Shown: positions 1-12,068 of the stretch, piece after piece
Layout: each line of letters starts with the position of its first letter
Position numbering within the stretch: the stretch's first letter is position 1
Translations under genes and position numbers: made by a program
Notes under the pieces: generated by a model
What the model was told of the DNA's origin: nothing
What the model saw: the letters and a program-made list of their open reading frames with translations, nothing else
The model's database searches: none
NCBI GenBank assembly: GCA_030390025.1
Contig: JASTWF010000048.1
Location: 1,302,001 to 1,366,000 of the forward strand
Direction of reading: 5' to 3'
Source: Squalus acanthias
Lineage: Eukaryota
Length of the DNA: 64,000 nt

Positions 1-106
1 GGTTGCTCATAGATAATTGCTTGTTAATCATGATCGAATTGCACAATGCAGCTAGTTGATATTTTGATGAATGGATGATACTAGTACATGTTCAACATTA
101 TCTTAC

Positions 107-152
107 TCGGTGCCAGCAATGAAAGAGCAAAGACCAGCGAATTGAAATGCAT
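107..152 (-). CDS. Leader exon of a family-C TCR V gene (C0); its V exon lies outside the window to the left
   Basis: ATG at 152 gives MHFNSLVFALSLLAP plus 1 nt, then a GTAAG donor. Same 46-nt length and flanks as the other family-C leaders. Confidence 0.85.
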
Positions 153-269
153 CGTTGAGGGCAATCGACCATCTAATGCCCCAAATGGGGACTGACAGAG
201 AGAGCGACGCTAATTATTCCGCATATGCAAAATCCGAGGTCAGATCCGGAAATTGCGTAGGTAAACAGA

Positions 270-800
270 AAGAAAGAACTTGCATTTCTAAAGCTCGATT
301 CGTGACCTCAGAACGACCCAAATCGCTTTGCAACCAATGAAGTACTTTTCACGTGTAGTCACTGTCGTAATATAGGAAACGCTGCAGCCAAATTTGCGCA
401 TGCAAGATCCCACAAAGAGCAATGTGATAAATCAAAAGATCATCTGCTTTTAAGTGATTTCGTTTCAGAGAAATTATTGCCCAGTTCAACTGGAGAAATC
501 CGGAATTGTATTCGTGCGAAACCTTACACCCACCTGAGGGGTAAAATAGGGCCTAGGTTTAAGTACTCCCACCGTACTGCCCCTCCGAAAGCACAGTGCT
601 CCTTCAGAACTATCACTCCGACAGTGCAGCGCTCCCTCAGTACTGCCCATCCGACAGTGCAGCTCTCCCTCAGTACTGCCCCTCCGACAGAGCAGCAGTC
701 CCTGACTGCTGCACTGTATCCACTCAGGTCTCTGGAGAGTGAAGCGAACCCACAACCATCTGTCTCAGAGGCGCAAATGGTATGAACTCAGCCGGAGCTG
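270..800 (-). mobile_element. Deu-domain/tRNA-derived SINE with a short internal 33-bp minisatellite (~565-715)
   Basis: Tail and core match the single-copy SINE at 14410-14790. A tRNA-like head (gaacccacaaccatctgtctcagagg) lies at ~735-800. Family name is from recall, not a search. Confidence 0.7.
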
Positions 801-924
801 ACAAGATATGATTTAATTTCCAAAGATTGCTGAATAAGTTTGTCACATTGACTTACTTGCGATCAGTGCAACTATTCTGATGTGTTAATGAACCTTGTGA
901 AGCACGGCTTTTGCATTCGAATTG

Positions 925-1730
925 AATGATGTCAGAGCTGAGGGACTTCAGTTATGCGGATAGGCTAGAGAAGCTGAGATTTTTCTCCTTGGAGTGGAGA
1001 TGGTTCAGCACATATTCAAAACAAGGGTACCAGGATTTAGAGACTTCAGTAATGAGAAGAGAATGGAGGAGCTGCGATTTTATTCTCCTTCGAGCAGAGC
1101 TGGGAAATGGGACGATTTAATGTGCTCAACCTGATAGAGAACACGGGGAGAAACTGTTTCCACTGGTAGGAGATTCGGTAAGCAGAGCACTCAGATTTCG
1201 GATCATTGGCAAAAGTATCCGAGTTGAAGGTCAGAAGAATCTGTTAAAATCAGCGACTTATCATGATACGGAATGTACTGCCTGAAAGTGCGATGGAAGT
1301 AAATTCAATAGTAAGTTTCAAATGGGAATTGGATATACCCTTGAAACGGAACATAAATTAAGGGTTATTGGAAAGGATCAGGGAGTGGGTCTAATTGTAT
1401 AGGGGAGACCAAAACGAGTGATCAAAAATATAACATAGTTACGAATACATTTAGTAGGGAATTCAGGAGCAATCTACTTACCCAAAGAGTGGTGAGAACG
1501 TTTAACTTGTTACAACAAGAAGTGGTTGAAGTAAATGGCATAGACGCATTTAAAAGGAAGCTAGATAAGGACTTGAGCGAGAAAAGGTTAGAAGGACAAG
1601 CTGATATGGTGAGATAAAAAGGGGTGGAAGGAGGATCATGTGGAACTAATTGGATAGCGCTTTCTAACAGCCGGACCGGGCACGATGGGCCGAATGGTCA
1701 CCTTCTGTGCTGTACATTTAATGATTCTAT
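925..1730 (+). mobile_element. Degenerate CR1-like LINE 3' fragments, repeated in each cassette
   Basis: Remnant peptide LRDFSYADRLEKLRFFSLE and 3'UTR-like gggccgaatggtcaccttctgtgctg. Confidence 0.6.
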
Positions 1731-2789
1731 AAACCATACAATATTGTTGCGTCAAAGTTCCCTCCAGATTCAGGCAGTGCGGGTTTCAGTTCCCATTTGC
1801 GAAAAGGGAATTAAAGGGTTAAATTCTCCGCGGGGCTGCACTCCTCGATTCTTTGAAAAACACATCAAATGGCATCAAGAGTCTGATAGACAGGTGGCTT
1901 AACGGTTTTCAACAGACACTCAAACATCTGTCAGGAGGCAGGTGTTCCAGTGAGAAACTTATCTGGAGCAGCATCTCGCCTTTGCACAGGGTGAAACATC
2001 GGTCACACGTTTAAGGGCTGTGCCACTTAGAGTAGAGAAGGTTAAGAGGAGATTTGAAAGAGGTGTTCAAAATCATGAAGCCTTTTGCTAAATTAAATAA
2101 TGAGAAACTGTAAACCGTGTCAGGAGGTTCGATAAACAGAGGAGCCAGATTTAAGGTAATTGACAAAAGAACCAGAGCGGGAGATGAATAGAATCTTTCT
2201 CCTCAGTGAATTGTTATGATCTGGAATGCGCTGCCTGAACGGGTGACGAAGCAGATTCAATAGTATTTTTTGAAAAGGGATTTGGATATATACTTGATGC
2301 GGAATTATATTGAGTGCTATGGGGATCGGGTCTGGGGATTGAGACCAATTGGATAGCTCCTTCAAAAATCCAGCACAGGCACGATGGACCGAATGGCCTT
2401 CTTCTGTGCTATATCATTCTATGATTCTATTTTAATCAGCGCACCTCTCGTCGCTATTGTGATAGCGCAATTAACACGTGGGATAAGCACTTCCTCTGAT
2501 ATCGTGAGCTTGGGAACTATTCACTGGTATAATCGGCAGCTATTCGTAATTCCTTCCCATATTCCTACGTCCGTTCTTTCAACACTAACACTAAACCATT
2601 TACCCAACTCATAATCTGTTGTTAAAATGTAGAGGATCCCTTAATGAAAAGTTCATCCGAAATGTTGAAAAAGCATTTTTATTCATTAATAAGCTCTTGT
2701 AATAATCTGAAGCGAAAGTGAGTAAGAGGATGTATCAATATGAATCAAAATGTAATCCATGATATATCATTTATTTGAACGGTATGATT

Positions 2790-3030
2790 AAAGAATAGCG
2801 ACAGATAGATGATACAACGATCGATAGATAGATGATAGATAGATAGATATTGTGATTGATAGATTAGCGCAAGATAGACAAATCGATGACAGATCGATGG
2901 ATAGATCGCAGATGGATAGAGAGATAGATAGTTAGACAGATAGATAGACAGAAAGACATACAAACACATCGATGGATAAATGCGTAAAGATGCAGACAAA
3001 CAGACTCACAGACAGACAACGAGACAGATC
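2790..3030. repeat. (GATA)n/(GACA)n microsatellite 3' of the family-A RSS; paralogs near 14220, 25200, 36090, 45950 and 57390
   Basis: Direct tetranucleotide repeats visible in the sequence. Confidence 0.9.
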
Positions 3031-3062
3031 TGTCTACCACAGTTATTTCCTGCCGCCTTCGG

Positions 3063-3101
3063 GGTTTTTGTTGAGCTCCTTCATCTCTCTGAGTCACTGT
3101 G
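3063..3101 (-). other. 23-RSS of V gene A1
   Basis: CACAGTG (3101-3095), 23 nt, ACAAAAACC (3071-3063); perfect consensus. Confidence 0.97.
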
Positions 3102-4015
3102 CAGACTCCAAGCGCAATAATACACGGCCGAGAGATTTGCCCGCAGACTGGTGGACTCCAGGTAGAAGTGGGTGTCGTCGGGTCTCCTGGCGGTGAATCC
3201 ATCCACCTCAACAGAGGGAGTCACCATTTCGCGGCCGATAGAATAGAAAAGGTTTTCAGGCTCCCTGTTGGGATGCCAGCGGTACCAGTAGAAATAGGTA
3301 CCTGCTGCTGCTTCTGTGTAAAGGCAATCGATGCGAACTGGAGTGCCCGGGGAACTGGAAATGGAATCGGGAGTCTGTTCGATCAGCACGGCCCGCACAT
3401 CTATAAAACGGATAAATACAGAGAGTGACAGATAAAACCAGGGAGTCATTGCATATGGACACCCGCCATGAAGTGGCAGAGAAGGGGAGAGAGAGTGAGG
3501 GCGAGAGTGGGCGCGAGAGGCAGAGAAACACAGCAAAATGGAGAGAAAGACGGAGACAATGATAGAGCGATTGTGACACAGAGAGTTAAATCCAGTGACA
3601 ATCTAAATATCCGCAGAGAACGAGAAGGAGCACACGAGGAGAGAGCGATAGAACGGTAAAGAAAGAAAGAGAGGCACAGAGACAGTGAAACATAGAGACA
3701 AAGAGAGAAAGACTCACAAAGAGAGAGAGTGAGACACAAGGGAAATATAAACTGACAGTCAGGCAGTAAGACAGACTGAGAGAGATTCAGCGGCAGAGAG
3801 AGAGAGAGAGTGCGGCAGAGAGAGTGAGAGGCAGAGAGATGGAGACAGACAGACAGAGAGAGCAAAATATAAACCGAGGTAGAGAGAATCTACACCCGCC
3901 CGCGGTGTGAAGTGACACGCGGGGAAATAAAAGTGAGGGGCGCTGGAATCTCACAGCCCGGCTCCACCTTACCCGTTAACACAAGCAACACAACCCAGAG
4001 CTGAGAGCCAGCCAT
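3102..4015 (-). CDS. TRBV: TCR V gene A1 (TRBV30-like), apparently functional
   Basis: Leader 4015-3973 MAGSQLWVVLLVLT with GTAAG donor; GA-rich intron; AG acceptor; V exon 3400-3102 DVRAVLIEQTP..C..FYWYRW..LFYS..FTARRP..YYCAWSL, open; perfect RSS. Confidence 0.9.
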
Positions 4016-4029
4016 CTCTGGGGGTAGAA

Positions 4030-4230
4030 GGATTCGAGTGTTTATGGTGTGATACCACTAGGCCGTTTTATTGGTGAATATCTCAAAGCTCTGGGCACTG
4101 CGTGAAATTTACTGTCCCATCCTCTCCAATGTTAAGCTTTCGGATGGGAGGGGCCAATTTATCTTCACTTGTTTATTGTCTCCCACATCGGGCTGGTCAT
4201 TTCCGGGGCGGGGCTAATGAGGAACCCGCG
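4030..4230 (-). promoter_or_regulatory. Family-A V promoter: TCR-beta decamer-like element, CCAAT, ETS plus GC box
   Basis: AGTGGTATCA at 4059-4050 (perfect AGTGATATCA in A3, A4 and A5); gggccaat at ~4152; catttccggggcggggc at ~4198, conserved across copies. Confidence 0.6.
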
Positions 4231-4379
4231 TAATCGGCGGCCTGTCTCCTCCCTCTGATGACGGAGACGGGCGTTCTTCAAACTGGAACAACCCCGAGGC
4301 GTCATCTGAGATGCCACTGATGGTGAGGGACAGAGAAAAGGGAGTTATACTGTCTGTCTGACTCATTCTGTGGAAATAA

Positions 4380-5180
4380 CCTGCATCTAATCAGTGAGTG
4401 ACGGTCTTTATTCTGTATCTAACCAGGGAGTGAGGGACTTTACTCTGAGTCTAACCATTGAGCTAATGGCTTTACTTGGTATCTAATCCTTGTGTGGTGG
4501 ACTTTACTCTGTATCTAACCAGTGATTGATGCGCGTCACACTGTATTTGACTAGTATATGATGGGATTCACTCTGTAACTAATCAATAATTGATGGGCTT
4601 TACTCTGTATCTAACCACTGGTTCATGGGCTTTATTCTGTATCTAAGTAATGGATCATGGACATTCCTCTGTATCTAACGAATGGTTCATGGGCATTTAC
4701 TCTGTATCTAACTAATGGATTACGGGCTTTAATTTGTATCTAACCAATAAACGATGGCTTCACTCTGTAAAATCAATGATTCATGGGCTCTATTCTGTTT
4801 CTAATCCCTGTAATGATCAGGGCTGGCCATTTATCTAACCCGGGCTCTGACTTATCCAAACAGTGTTGGCCCGATATCTAACCCGTGCTGCCCATGTATT
4901 TAAGCAGTTCCGTTCCTGTACATATCCTGTAATGTCCGTGCTTCTAACCAGTGCTGTTCCTGTATCTAAAGTGTACTGTTTCTTTATCTAAACCGTGCAA
5001 CCCATATATTTAATCAGTCCAGTCGATGTACCTATCCCGTACTTGCACTGTATTTTGCGCGTGCTATGCCGGCATCTTACCCGTGTTGTCCCAGTACCAA
5101 ACCGGTACTGTCCCGGTATCTATCCCTAACTGAAATGTATCAAATCCGTACTGTCCTGTATCTAACCTGTGCTGTCCCTT
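4380..5180. repeat. Degenerate tandem repeat of ~32-bp (tttactctgtatctaacc..gatgggc) then ~22-bp (tgtatctaacccgtgctgtccc) units; paralogs at 16180-16770, 26760-27500, 37670-38140 plus 41680-41900, and 47535-48280
   Basis: Recurring tgtatctaac core. Confidence 0.8.
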
Positions 5181-5286
5181 CTCAGCCACCAAACACGCCC
5201 CTGCCCCCACCCTCCGCCGCTGGATTGACTCCACCCCCAGTAATCCATCGACTGGCTCGGTCCTGAGCCCCGTTCTCTGCTGCACT

Positions 5287-5735
5287 GGATTTTGTTGCAT
5301 CGCCCCTACTGTGGAGTCGCCAGGCGCAGTAATACACCCGGAGTGGTCCGCTCGCAGTCGGGCCGTTCGCAGGTGAAATGTGGAACGTCGGGTCTAGAGG
5401 CGGTGAAGCCGTCTAGCTCTCCCGCCGGCTCGATGCTGTCGGAGATGCGAGAGTAGAAGAGCAGCTGTCCGTCTGGGAGCTGGCGGTACCAGGAAAACTC
5501 TGAGCTGCATAAACGCTCCGCAGAACAGCGGATCTGCAGCGGCGAGTGCAGAGAATCGGAAATTACAGCCGGACTTTGCTGAACTTTGCCGCTAGCTACA
5601 CCTGCGAATAGCAGGAAAATGATTTGTTTGAAAGAGGGGGACGTTGACATTCGGAGCCAACTCGCACCCAAGCAATGATGAGGGAGACTTAATGTGCAAC
5701 AGCAGCGCAGACACAAGACATCGGGTTAAATGCAG
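5287..5735 (-). pseudogene. TCR V pseudogene B1 with an aberrant 11-spacer RSS
   Basis: V exon 5601-5314 GVASGKVQQSP..C..FSWYRQ..FTASRP, then a frameshift. Leader ATG changed to CTG and donor GT to TT. RSS CACAGTA-11nt-ACAAAATCC. Confidence 0.88.
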
Positions 5736-5824
5736 TTTGATTAAAAGTTAGCAGAAGAGAATCAGACCGGGATTTTGTAAAAATCTGCTCTCCCGGCGCC
5801 TCCGTGACGACTTTATGTAACTGC

Positions 5825-5925
5825 AGTTCTGTTTGATTGACAGCTGCTGGCCGCTCACTCCAGGCCCCGCCCCTTACAGTCTGATTGACAGCTGTCGATA
5901 TAACCCCGCCCGCTCCCAGCTTCTC
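5825..5925. promoter_or_regulatory. Family-B upstream module: two TGATTGACAG decamers, each followed by a GC box; paralogs near 17455, 28183, 42567 and 48958
   Basis: tgattgacagctgctg...ccccgcccc...tgattgacagctgtc...ccccgccc. Confidence 0.55.
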
Positions 5926-6505
5926 TCGACTCTTCACGGAGCTGAAGTCACGCATCCCTGTTTACAATTTGGTAAATCCCCCCTGCAAGCTCTGTCTGGC
6001 CTTGACATCCTTCCTAAGGTGTGTTGCCCATGATTGGGCACAATTTTCTAGCTGGGGCTGGAGAAACACGTTTTTCATTTGTTGAACATTAAAACAAAAC
6101 GAATAATGGCGTGAGGAGCTTGTTGTTCAATACGATTCTGACACGACACCAGAAATAAAACAGTAAATTGAACAAAATTAAACTGCATCGTGGGGCATAA
6201 TGTAATCCGGCAGCTGCTGGGTTAGCAAACAGTTCCGGTTCAGTCTTAAATCCACTTCAATTTGATAGGCATAGTGTCAGAGCCGGAAGTCGCATCAAAC
6301 AGTTGCAATCGCCTCGAGAGCAACTAAACAAAATTAGCAGCAAATAAATTATATTGTGATACAGAATTCATCATCCGATTTTTATGGTCTTTGAATGGTT
6401 AAGAATTGTCGTCTTCCTCTCTGCCTTTCATTATTTCTTTCATTTTTCTCTCTTTCTGTTTGTTTCCTTTCTTCCATTGTTTCTTTCTTTCTATCTTTCT
6501 ATCGT

Positions 6506-6649
6506 NNNNNNNNNNNNNNNNNNNNNNNNNNNNNNNNNNNNNNNNNNNNNNNNNNNNNNNNNNNNNNNNNNNNNNNNNNNNNNNNNNNNNNNNNNNNNNN
6601 NNNNNNNNNNNNNNNNNNNNNNNNNNNNNNNNNNNNNNNNNNNNNNNNN
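6506..6649. other. Assembly gap within a CT-rich simple repeat
   Basis: Run of N. Confidence 1.
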
Positions 6650-6964
6650 CTCATAGTTTCTTTATGTTTGTCTTTCATTCGTTGTCTCTCTCTTTCTCTC
6701 GTTCTTTCCTCATTTATTTATATTACCTTTTTTCATTCTTTCTTACTTGGTTTCTCTCCGAGGCTCCATACGAGATGGCAGTAATGGTGAGGTGGTTAAA
6801 CAACTTCTTTCTCCCTCTCCTTCTATCTCTCTCTTTCAATCTCTCTTTCTCTTTGACTTTCTTATTGTCTTTGTTTCCTGCTTTCATTCCATTGCTCCCT
6901 TTAGTTTCTTTCTCCTGTTGTCATTAACGTTGCCTTCTTGTCGACTGCCTTCTCATCCTTCATA

Positions 6965-7620
6965 AATAACAACAACAACTTGCAGTTATATAGCGCCTTT
7001 AACGTAATAAAACGTCCCAAGGCATTTCACAAGAGCGTTATCATAAACATTGACACCGAGCTCCTAAAGGAGATATTAGGGCAGATGTCCAAAAGCTTAG
7101 TTAAAGAGCCAAGTTTTAAGGAGCACCTGAAAGGAGCAATGAGATTTAGAGAGGCGGAGAGGCTTAGCGAGAAAATTGAAGAGCTTACGGCCTCGATTGC
7201 TGAAGGCACGGCCGCTGATGGTGGAGCAAGTAAAATTCGGGTTTGCAGAAGAGGCCAGAATTTCAGGAATGCAGATATCTCGTACGGTTGTGGGGCTGGA
7301 GGAATTTTCAGAGAGGGTGGGGCGAAGCTACGGAGGGATTTGAAAGCATGCATGAGAATTTTAAAATGGAGGCGTTGTTCAACCGGGAGCCAATGGAGGT
7401 CAGCGAGCACAGGGGTGATGGGTGAACGGGGCTTGGTACAAGTTAGAATAGGAGGAGCGCAGTGATAGTTTAGGGATCGTGAAAGATGGGAGGCCGCCCA
7501 GCCGTGCTTTGGAATCAGCAATCTGGAGGTAACAACGGCATGGATCAGGGTTTCAGCAGCGGATGAGCGGATCCGGTGATGCTCCGGTGTTTCAAGTAGA
7601 CGGTCTTAGTGATGGCGCGG
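6965..7620 (-). mobile_element. L2-like LINE 3' fragment; paralogs at 18420-19085, 29130-29790, 50620-51290 and 58805-59245
   Basis: Peptide PITPVLADLHWLPVEQRLHFKIL, typical of the L2 RT C-terminus, with an (AAC)n tail. Confidence 0.8.
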
Positions 7621-7624
7621 AGTT

Positions 7625-8630
7625 TGCAGTGGTGTTCCCAAAGGTCCCGTTTTGAATGCATTAATCTTTGCAAGTGCTAGAAACGACGTAGACTCGGGGT
7701 TAGGGAGCAGCATTATAAGGTTTTCAAATGATAGGAAACTTTTCAAAGTAGCAGGTAGTGATGAGGATATTTATAGGCTTCAGGATGACATAGACAGGAC
7801 GGCGAAATCGGCAGAAGCATGGCAGATGGAGTTCAATGTGGAGGAGTGTGAAGTGGTCCACTTTGGAGCACTGATATGGAAGGACAGGATATTATAAATT
7901 GCACGATTTTGCAAAGTGCAGATGAGCTTGGTGTCCATATACATAAATCCTTGAAGGCGGCACGATAATTGATGATGTCTTTAAAAAAACAAATGGGTTA
8001 CTTGGGTTTATAAATAGACCAATATAAAATAAAATCAACGAGATCATACTGGAAATTTATAAAGTAATGGTTCGGCCTCAGCTGGAGTATTGTGAACAAT
8101 TCTAGCACCAAACTGCAGGAAAGATGTAAAGGCCTTCGAACGGGTACAGAGGAGGTTTACCAGGATGTTACCAGGGATGAGGGACTTAAGTTATGAGGAG
8201 AGGTTGGAAAAGTTAGGCCTGTTCTCCTTGAAACAGAAAAGTATAAAAGGTGACCTAATAGAAATTTTCAAGACGATGTGAGGTTTTGATAGAGAAAACT
8301 ATAGAATTAGAAAAAAACTTTCCCTCTGGCGAGTGAGTCAGTAGCCACAGTTCATACATACTAAATCATTGGCAAAAGATCTAGAGGTTAGAAGAGGAGA
8401 ATTTTTTCAACTCATTGTTTTGTCTGCAGCTGAAATGCTTTACCTGCAATGGTGGTGAAAGCGGATCAATCAAAAACTTTAAAAAGGGAGTTGGACAGGT
8501 GCGGGAGGATGAGTAACTAACTGGGTGATGGACAACAATTGGGGATGTGGGATGAAACAAAACTGCTCCGCTAAAGAGCCAGCGCAGTCACAATGGGTCA
8601 AAAGGCCTCCTTCTGTGCTGTAAGTTCATA
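7625..8630 (+). mobile_element. Decayed CR1 RT/3' fragment; paralogs at 19090-19830, 29795-30530, 51290-52010 and 59250-60140
   Basis: Remnants LQDDIDR..AEAWQMEFNVEECEVVHFG, VRPQLEYC and ERVQRRFTRMLPG. Confidence 0.75.
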
Positions 8631-8639
8631 CAATTCTGT

Positions 8640-9035
8640 ATGTTGTCGGAAGCTCATCTCGGGGTCAAATATGACACCAAGATTGCAAACAGTCAGCTTC
8701 ACCCTCAGACAGTTGCCAGGGAGAGGGATGGAGTCAGAGGCTAGGGAGCAGAGTTTATGGCGGGGTGCGAAGACAAAGGCGTCGGCCTTCGGGATACTCA
8801 GTTGGAGGAAATTTCTTCTCATCGGTACTGGATGTCGGACAAGCAGTGTAGTAAATCAGAGACAGTGGAGTGAATGAGTGCGCTGGTGGTGAGTCAGAGA
8901 TGTGTGTCGTCAGCGTACATGTGCGACCTGACATTGTGTTTTTAAATGATGTCGCCGAGGAGCAACATGTAGATGAGAAATAAGGCGGGGGGCAAGCTTA
9001 GATCCGTAGGGTACTCCAGAGGTAACAATGCCGGA
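8640..9035 (-). mobile_element. L2-like RT core fragment; paralog at 60145-60535
   Basis: HMYADDTHL catalytic motif near 8925-8900, plus NFLQL and NLGVIFD remnants. Confidence 0.7.
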
Positions 9036-9983
9036 GCAGAAAATCAATCCCAATGTTCAGATTATTAACTACCTTATGCCAATCCAAAGACAAAGTGAAG
9101 GTAAAAAAATGTATTATTTATTGGGAGCAGGCGCTGGAAATACAACATCTCTAGAAAGCAGCAGACATGAGGAAGTCTAATTGTGTTTTATGACAAATGT
9201 TCGGTAACTGAAAGGGTTAGAGAACCAGCGGAATTGACCATTAAGGGGACACGTACATCTGCGGCGCCATTGCTCGTTCTGTGCCAAAGCAGGTCGTGGC
9301 AAATGCGACAGCGAAGCTACAGCGCCAGCTAGAGGCAAGAACGTGCAACTACAAGCAACTGGGTCTTGTTATTTTCCAGGTGCAACTGATTTTGTGGGTA
9401 ATTTCAACTCATGTCCTGAAATTTACCCGCTTTCCAATTATTTTCTCCTCTCCTACAGATGTTGACGATCTTACGTAGAATTACATCGAATTTACAGCAC
9501 GGAATCCTGTCCAACTGATCCATGCAGTGGTTTATCCTCTACACGAGCCTCCTCCCACCTCACTTCATCTCACCCTGTCAATAGAACCTTCTATCCCTTT
9601 CACCCTAATGTCTTTAACCAGCTGCTATGGTATTTGCCTCAGCAGTCCTTGACGTAGTAAGTTCCACATTCTCAACGCTCTCTGTGTAATGAGGTTTCTC
9701 CTGAGTTCCTGATTGGATTTTGTAGTGACTGTCTTATATACGAGGCTCGCATTTTGAATCAACGTCATAAGTAGAAACATAATCTCTACATCTACCCTAT
9801 CAAATCCTATCATAATGTTAAATTAATCCAAGTGTTGTCTAACAACGCTATATGGAGACCAGAACTGTGTACGGTATTCTAAGTGTGGTCTAACTAAGTT
9901 AAATGGAGATTAGAACTGAGCGCTCGGCGCTGTTCTCTGAAGCCTCTGCAAAGTTACACGAGTCTGACGGCAGTTAGTCTGAG

Positions 9984-10022
9984 GGTTTTTGTCTAGGCGG
10001 CGGATGACTCTGAACCGCTGTG
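9984..10022 (-). other. 23-RSS of V gene C1
   Basis: CACAGCG, 23 nt, ACAAAAACC. Confidence 0.95.
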
Positions 10023-10824
10023 TCCCATCAGCAGCTGCACAGAAATACACCGCCGCATCAGTGTGTTTAACGCTGTCGATCTTCAGAGTGGATTTCTTAT
10101 TTTCCACAGTCCTCGTAATGGCAAACCCGCTCTCAAAACCATCGCCATACTGAGCTTCACTGCTTAAATAAATATACCCGATGTAGGTGAATCCTTGTCC
10201 AGCGGATTGCCGATACCACAGCATGTTATTGCGGAGTGTTCCATTCTGATAACAATTTAACTCGGCCTCTCCTCGCGGATCAACAGTAATCGAAGTCGGC
10301 CACTGATGGATCACATCCGCCAGCGGACAGTCTGAAAAAGAGGCGGCAGAGATGATAAAAACAATCGGATGCAATTGAGAAACTATTTTTGTTTTTCAAA
10401 TTAAGCCCGGGGTGGAAAACCGGCATTGTGGAGCCTCCGATGCCCAAACAACAGCTACAATCTGCTCAATAATTCTGGGATTATCGCCAAACTAACAACA
10501 TAATGGCGTTTATCTGAGAGTTCGGTAAGAAAGAACGAGATTATGCAACGTTCAATTATAATGAGAACAATCTACGCATCAATAAATATTACAACATCTA
10601 AAATAACTTTAAGCGCCTTAAGTTTTGTAGATTAAAATAAATTCTCGATTTAAATATTTGATTCCTCATAAATAATTGCTCGTTAATCATGATCGGATAG
10701 CACCATGTAGCTTAGTAAGAATGTCTCATGAATGGATGATGCTCGTACATCACTTATAATTGTTCAACATTATCTTACTCGGTGCCAGCAATAAAAGAGC
10801 AAAGGCCAACAAATTGAAATGCAT
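10023..10824 (-). CDS. TRBV: TCR V gene C1, apparently functional
   Basis: Leader 10824-10779 MHFNLLAFALLLLAP with GTAAG donor; V exon 10331-10023 CPLADVIHQWP..LNCYQNGTLRNNMLWYRQ..STLKI..DAAVYFCAAADG, open; RSS intact. Confidence 0.9.
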
Positions 10825-10944
10825 CGTTGAGGGTGATCGACGATCTAATGCCCCAAATGGGGACTATCAGAGAGAGCGACGCTAATTTTTACGCATATGC
10901 AAAATCTGAGGTCAGATCCGGAAGTTGCGTAGGTAAACAGAAAA

Positions 10945-11960
10945 AAAGAACTTGCATTTCTAAAGCGCGTTTCACGACCTCAGAACGTCACAAGCGCTTT
11001 GCAATCAACGAATTACCTTCGAAGTGCAGTCACTGTCGTAATATAGGGAACGCGGCAGCCCAATCAGCGCTCAGCAAGTACCAAAGAGAGCAATGTGACT
11101 CGTCAAAAGATCATCTGCTTTTAAGTGATTTTGTTTCTGGTAAACATATTGACCAGGGCAACGGGAGAAATACGACATAGTATGCATGCGAAACTTTATG
11201 TCTACCTGAGAGGGAAAAGAGGCTTAGTTTTAAGTATTCCCTCAGAACTGCCCATCCAAAATGTCCAGCGCTCCCGCAGAACTATCACTCCGACAGAGCA
11301 GCACTACCTCAGTACTGCACCTCCGACATGGCAGCATTTCCCTCACTACTGCCCCTCTGAACGTGCAGCGCTCCCTCAATACTAACCCTCCAACAGTGCA
11401 GCATTACATCAGTATTGCCCCTCCGACAATGCAGCCCTAACTCAAGACTGCCCATCCCACAATGCAACATTCCATCATTGTTGCCCCTGCGACAGCGCAG
11501 CACTTCCTCAGTACTGCCCCTCTGAACGTACAGTGCTTCCTCAGTAACGCCCATCCGAGTGTGCAGCACTCCATCAGTACTGACCCTCCGCCAATACAGT
11601 GCTCCCTCAGTACTGCCTCTCCGACAGTGCAGAATTCCAACAGAATTGCCTGCCCCCCGACAATGCAGCACTCCGTCAGTACTGCCCTACGACAATGACG
11701 CGCTGCCTCAGTACTGCCCCTCCGACAGTGCAGCATTCATTCAGTACTTCCCCTCCGAAAGTGCATTGCTCCATCAGTACTGTCCCTCCGAGAGTGCAGC
11801 GCTCTCTCATTATTGCTCTCTGTCAGCGCAGCACTACCTCTGTACTTGACGTCCGATAGTGCAGTATTCCCTCAGTACTGCCCTCCGATAGTGCAGCACT
11901 CCATCAGTACTGCCACTTCGAGAATGCAGCACTTCCTCAGTACTGTCCCTCCGATAGTGC
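10945..11960 (-). mobile_element. SINE remnant with a 33-bp minisatellite (~11235-11960); head deleted
   Basis: SINE tail and core, then cagtactgcccctccgacagtgcagcgctccct-like units. Confidence 0.8.
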
Positions 11961-12068
11961 ATCATGATCCGGAATGCACTGCCTTAAAGTGCGATGGAAC
12001 TGCATTCAATAGTACATTTCAAAGGGGAACTGGCTATACATTTGAAAAGGAACATAAATTAAGGGCTA

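Noticed and set aside
730-800. tRNA-like sequence
   Set aside because: Degenerate SINE head, not a foldable tRNA gene.
3099-3428. Plus-strand ORFs overlapping each family-A V exon
   Set aside because: Antisense shadows of the V reading frame with non-ATG starts.
10016-10030. GGGACA at the 3' end of family-C V genes resembling the D-beta core, i.e. a germline-joined VD
   Set aside because: The CA belongs to the heptamer and the post-Cys length (16 nt) is ordinary, so this is probably coincidental.
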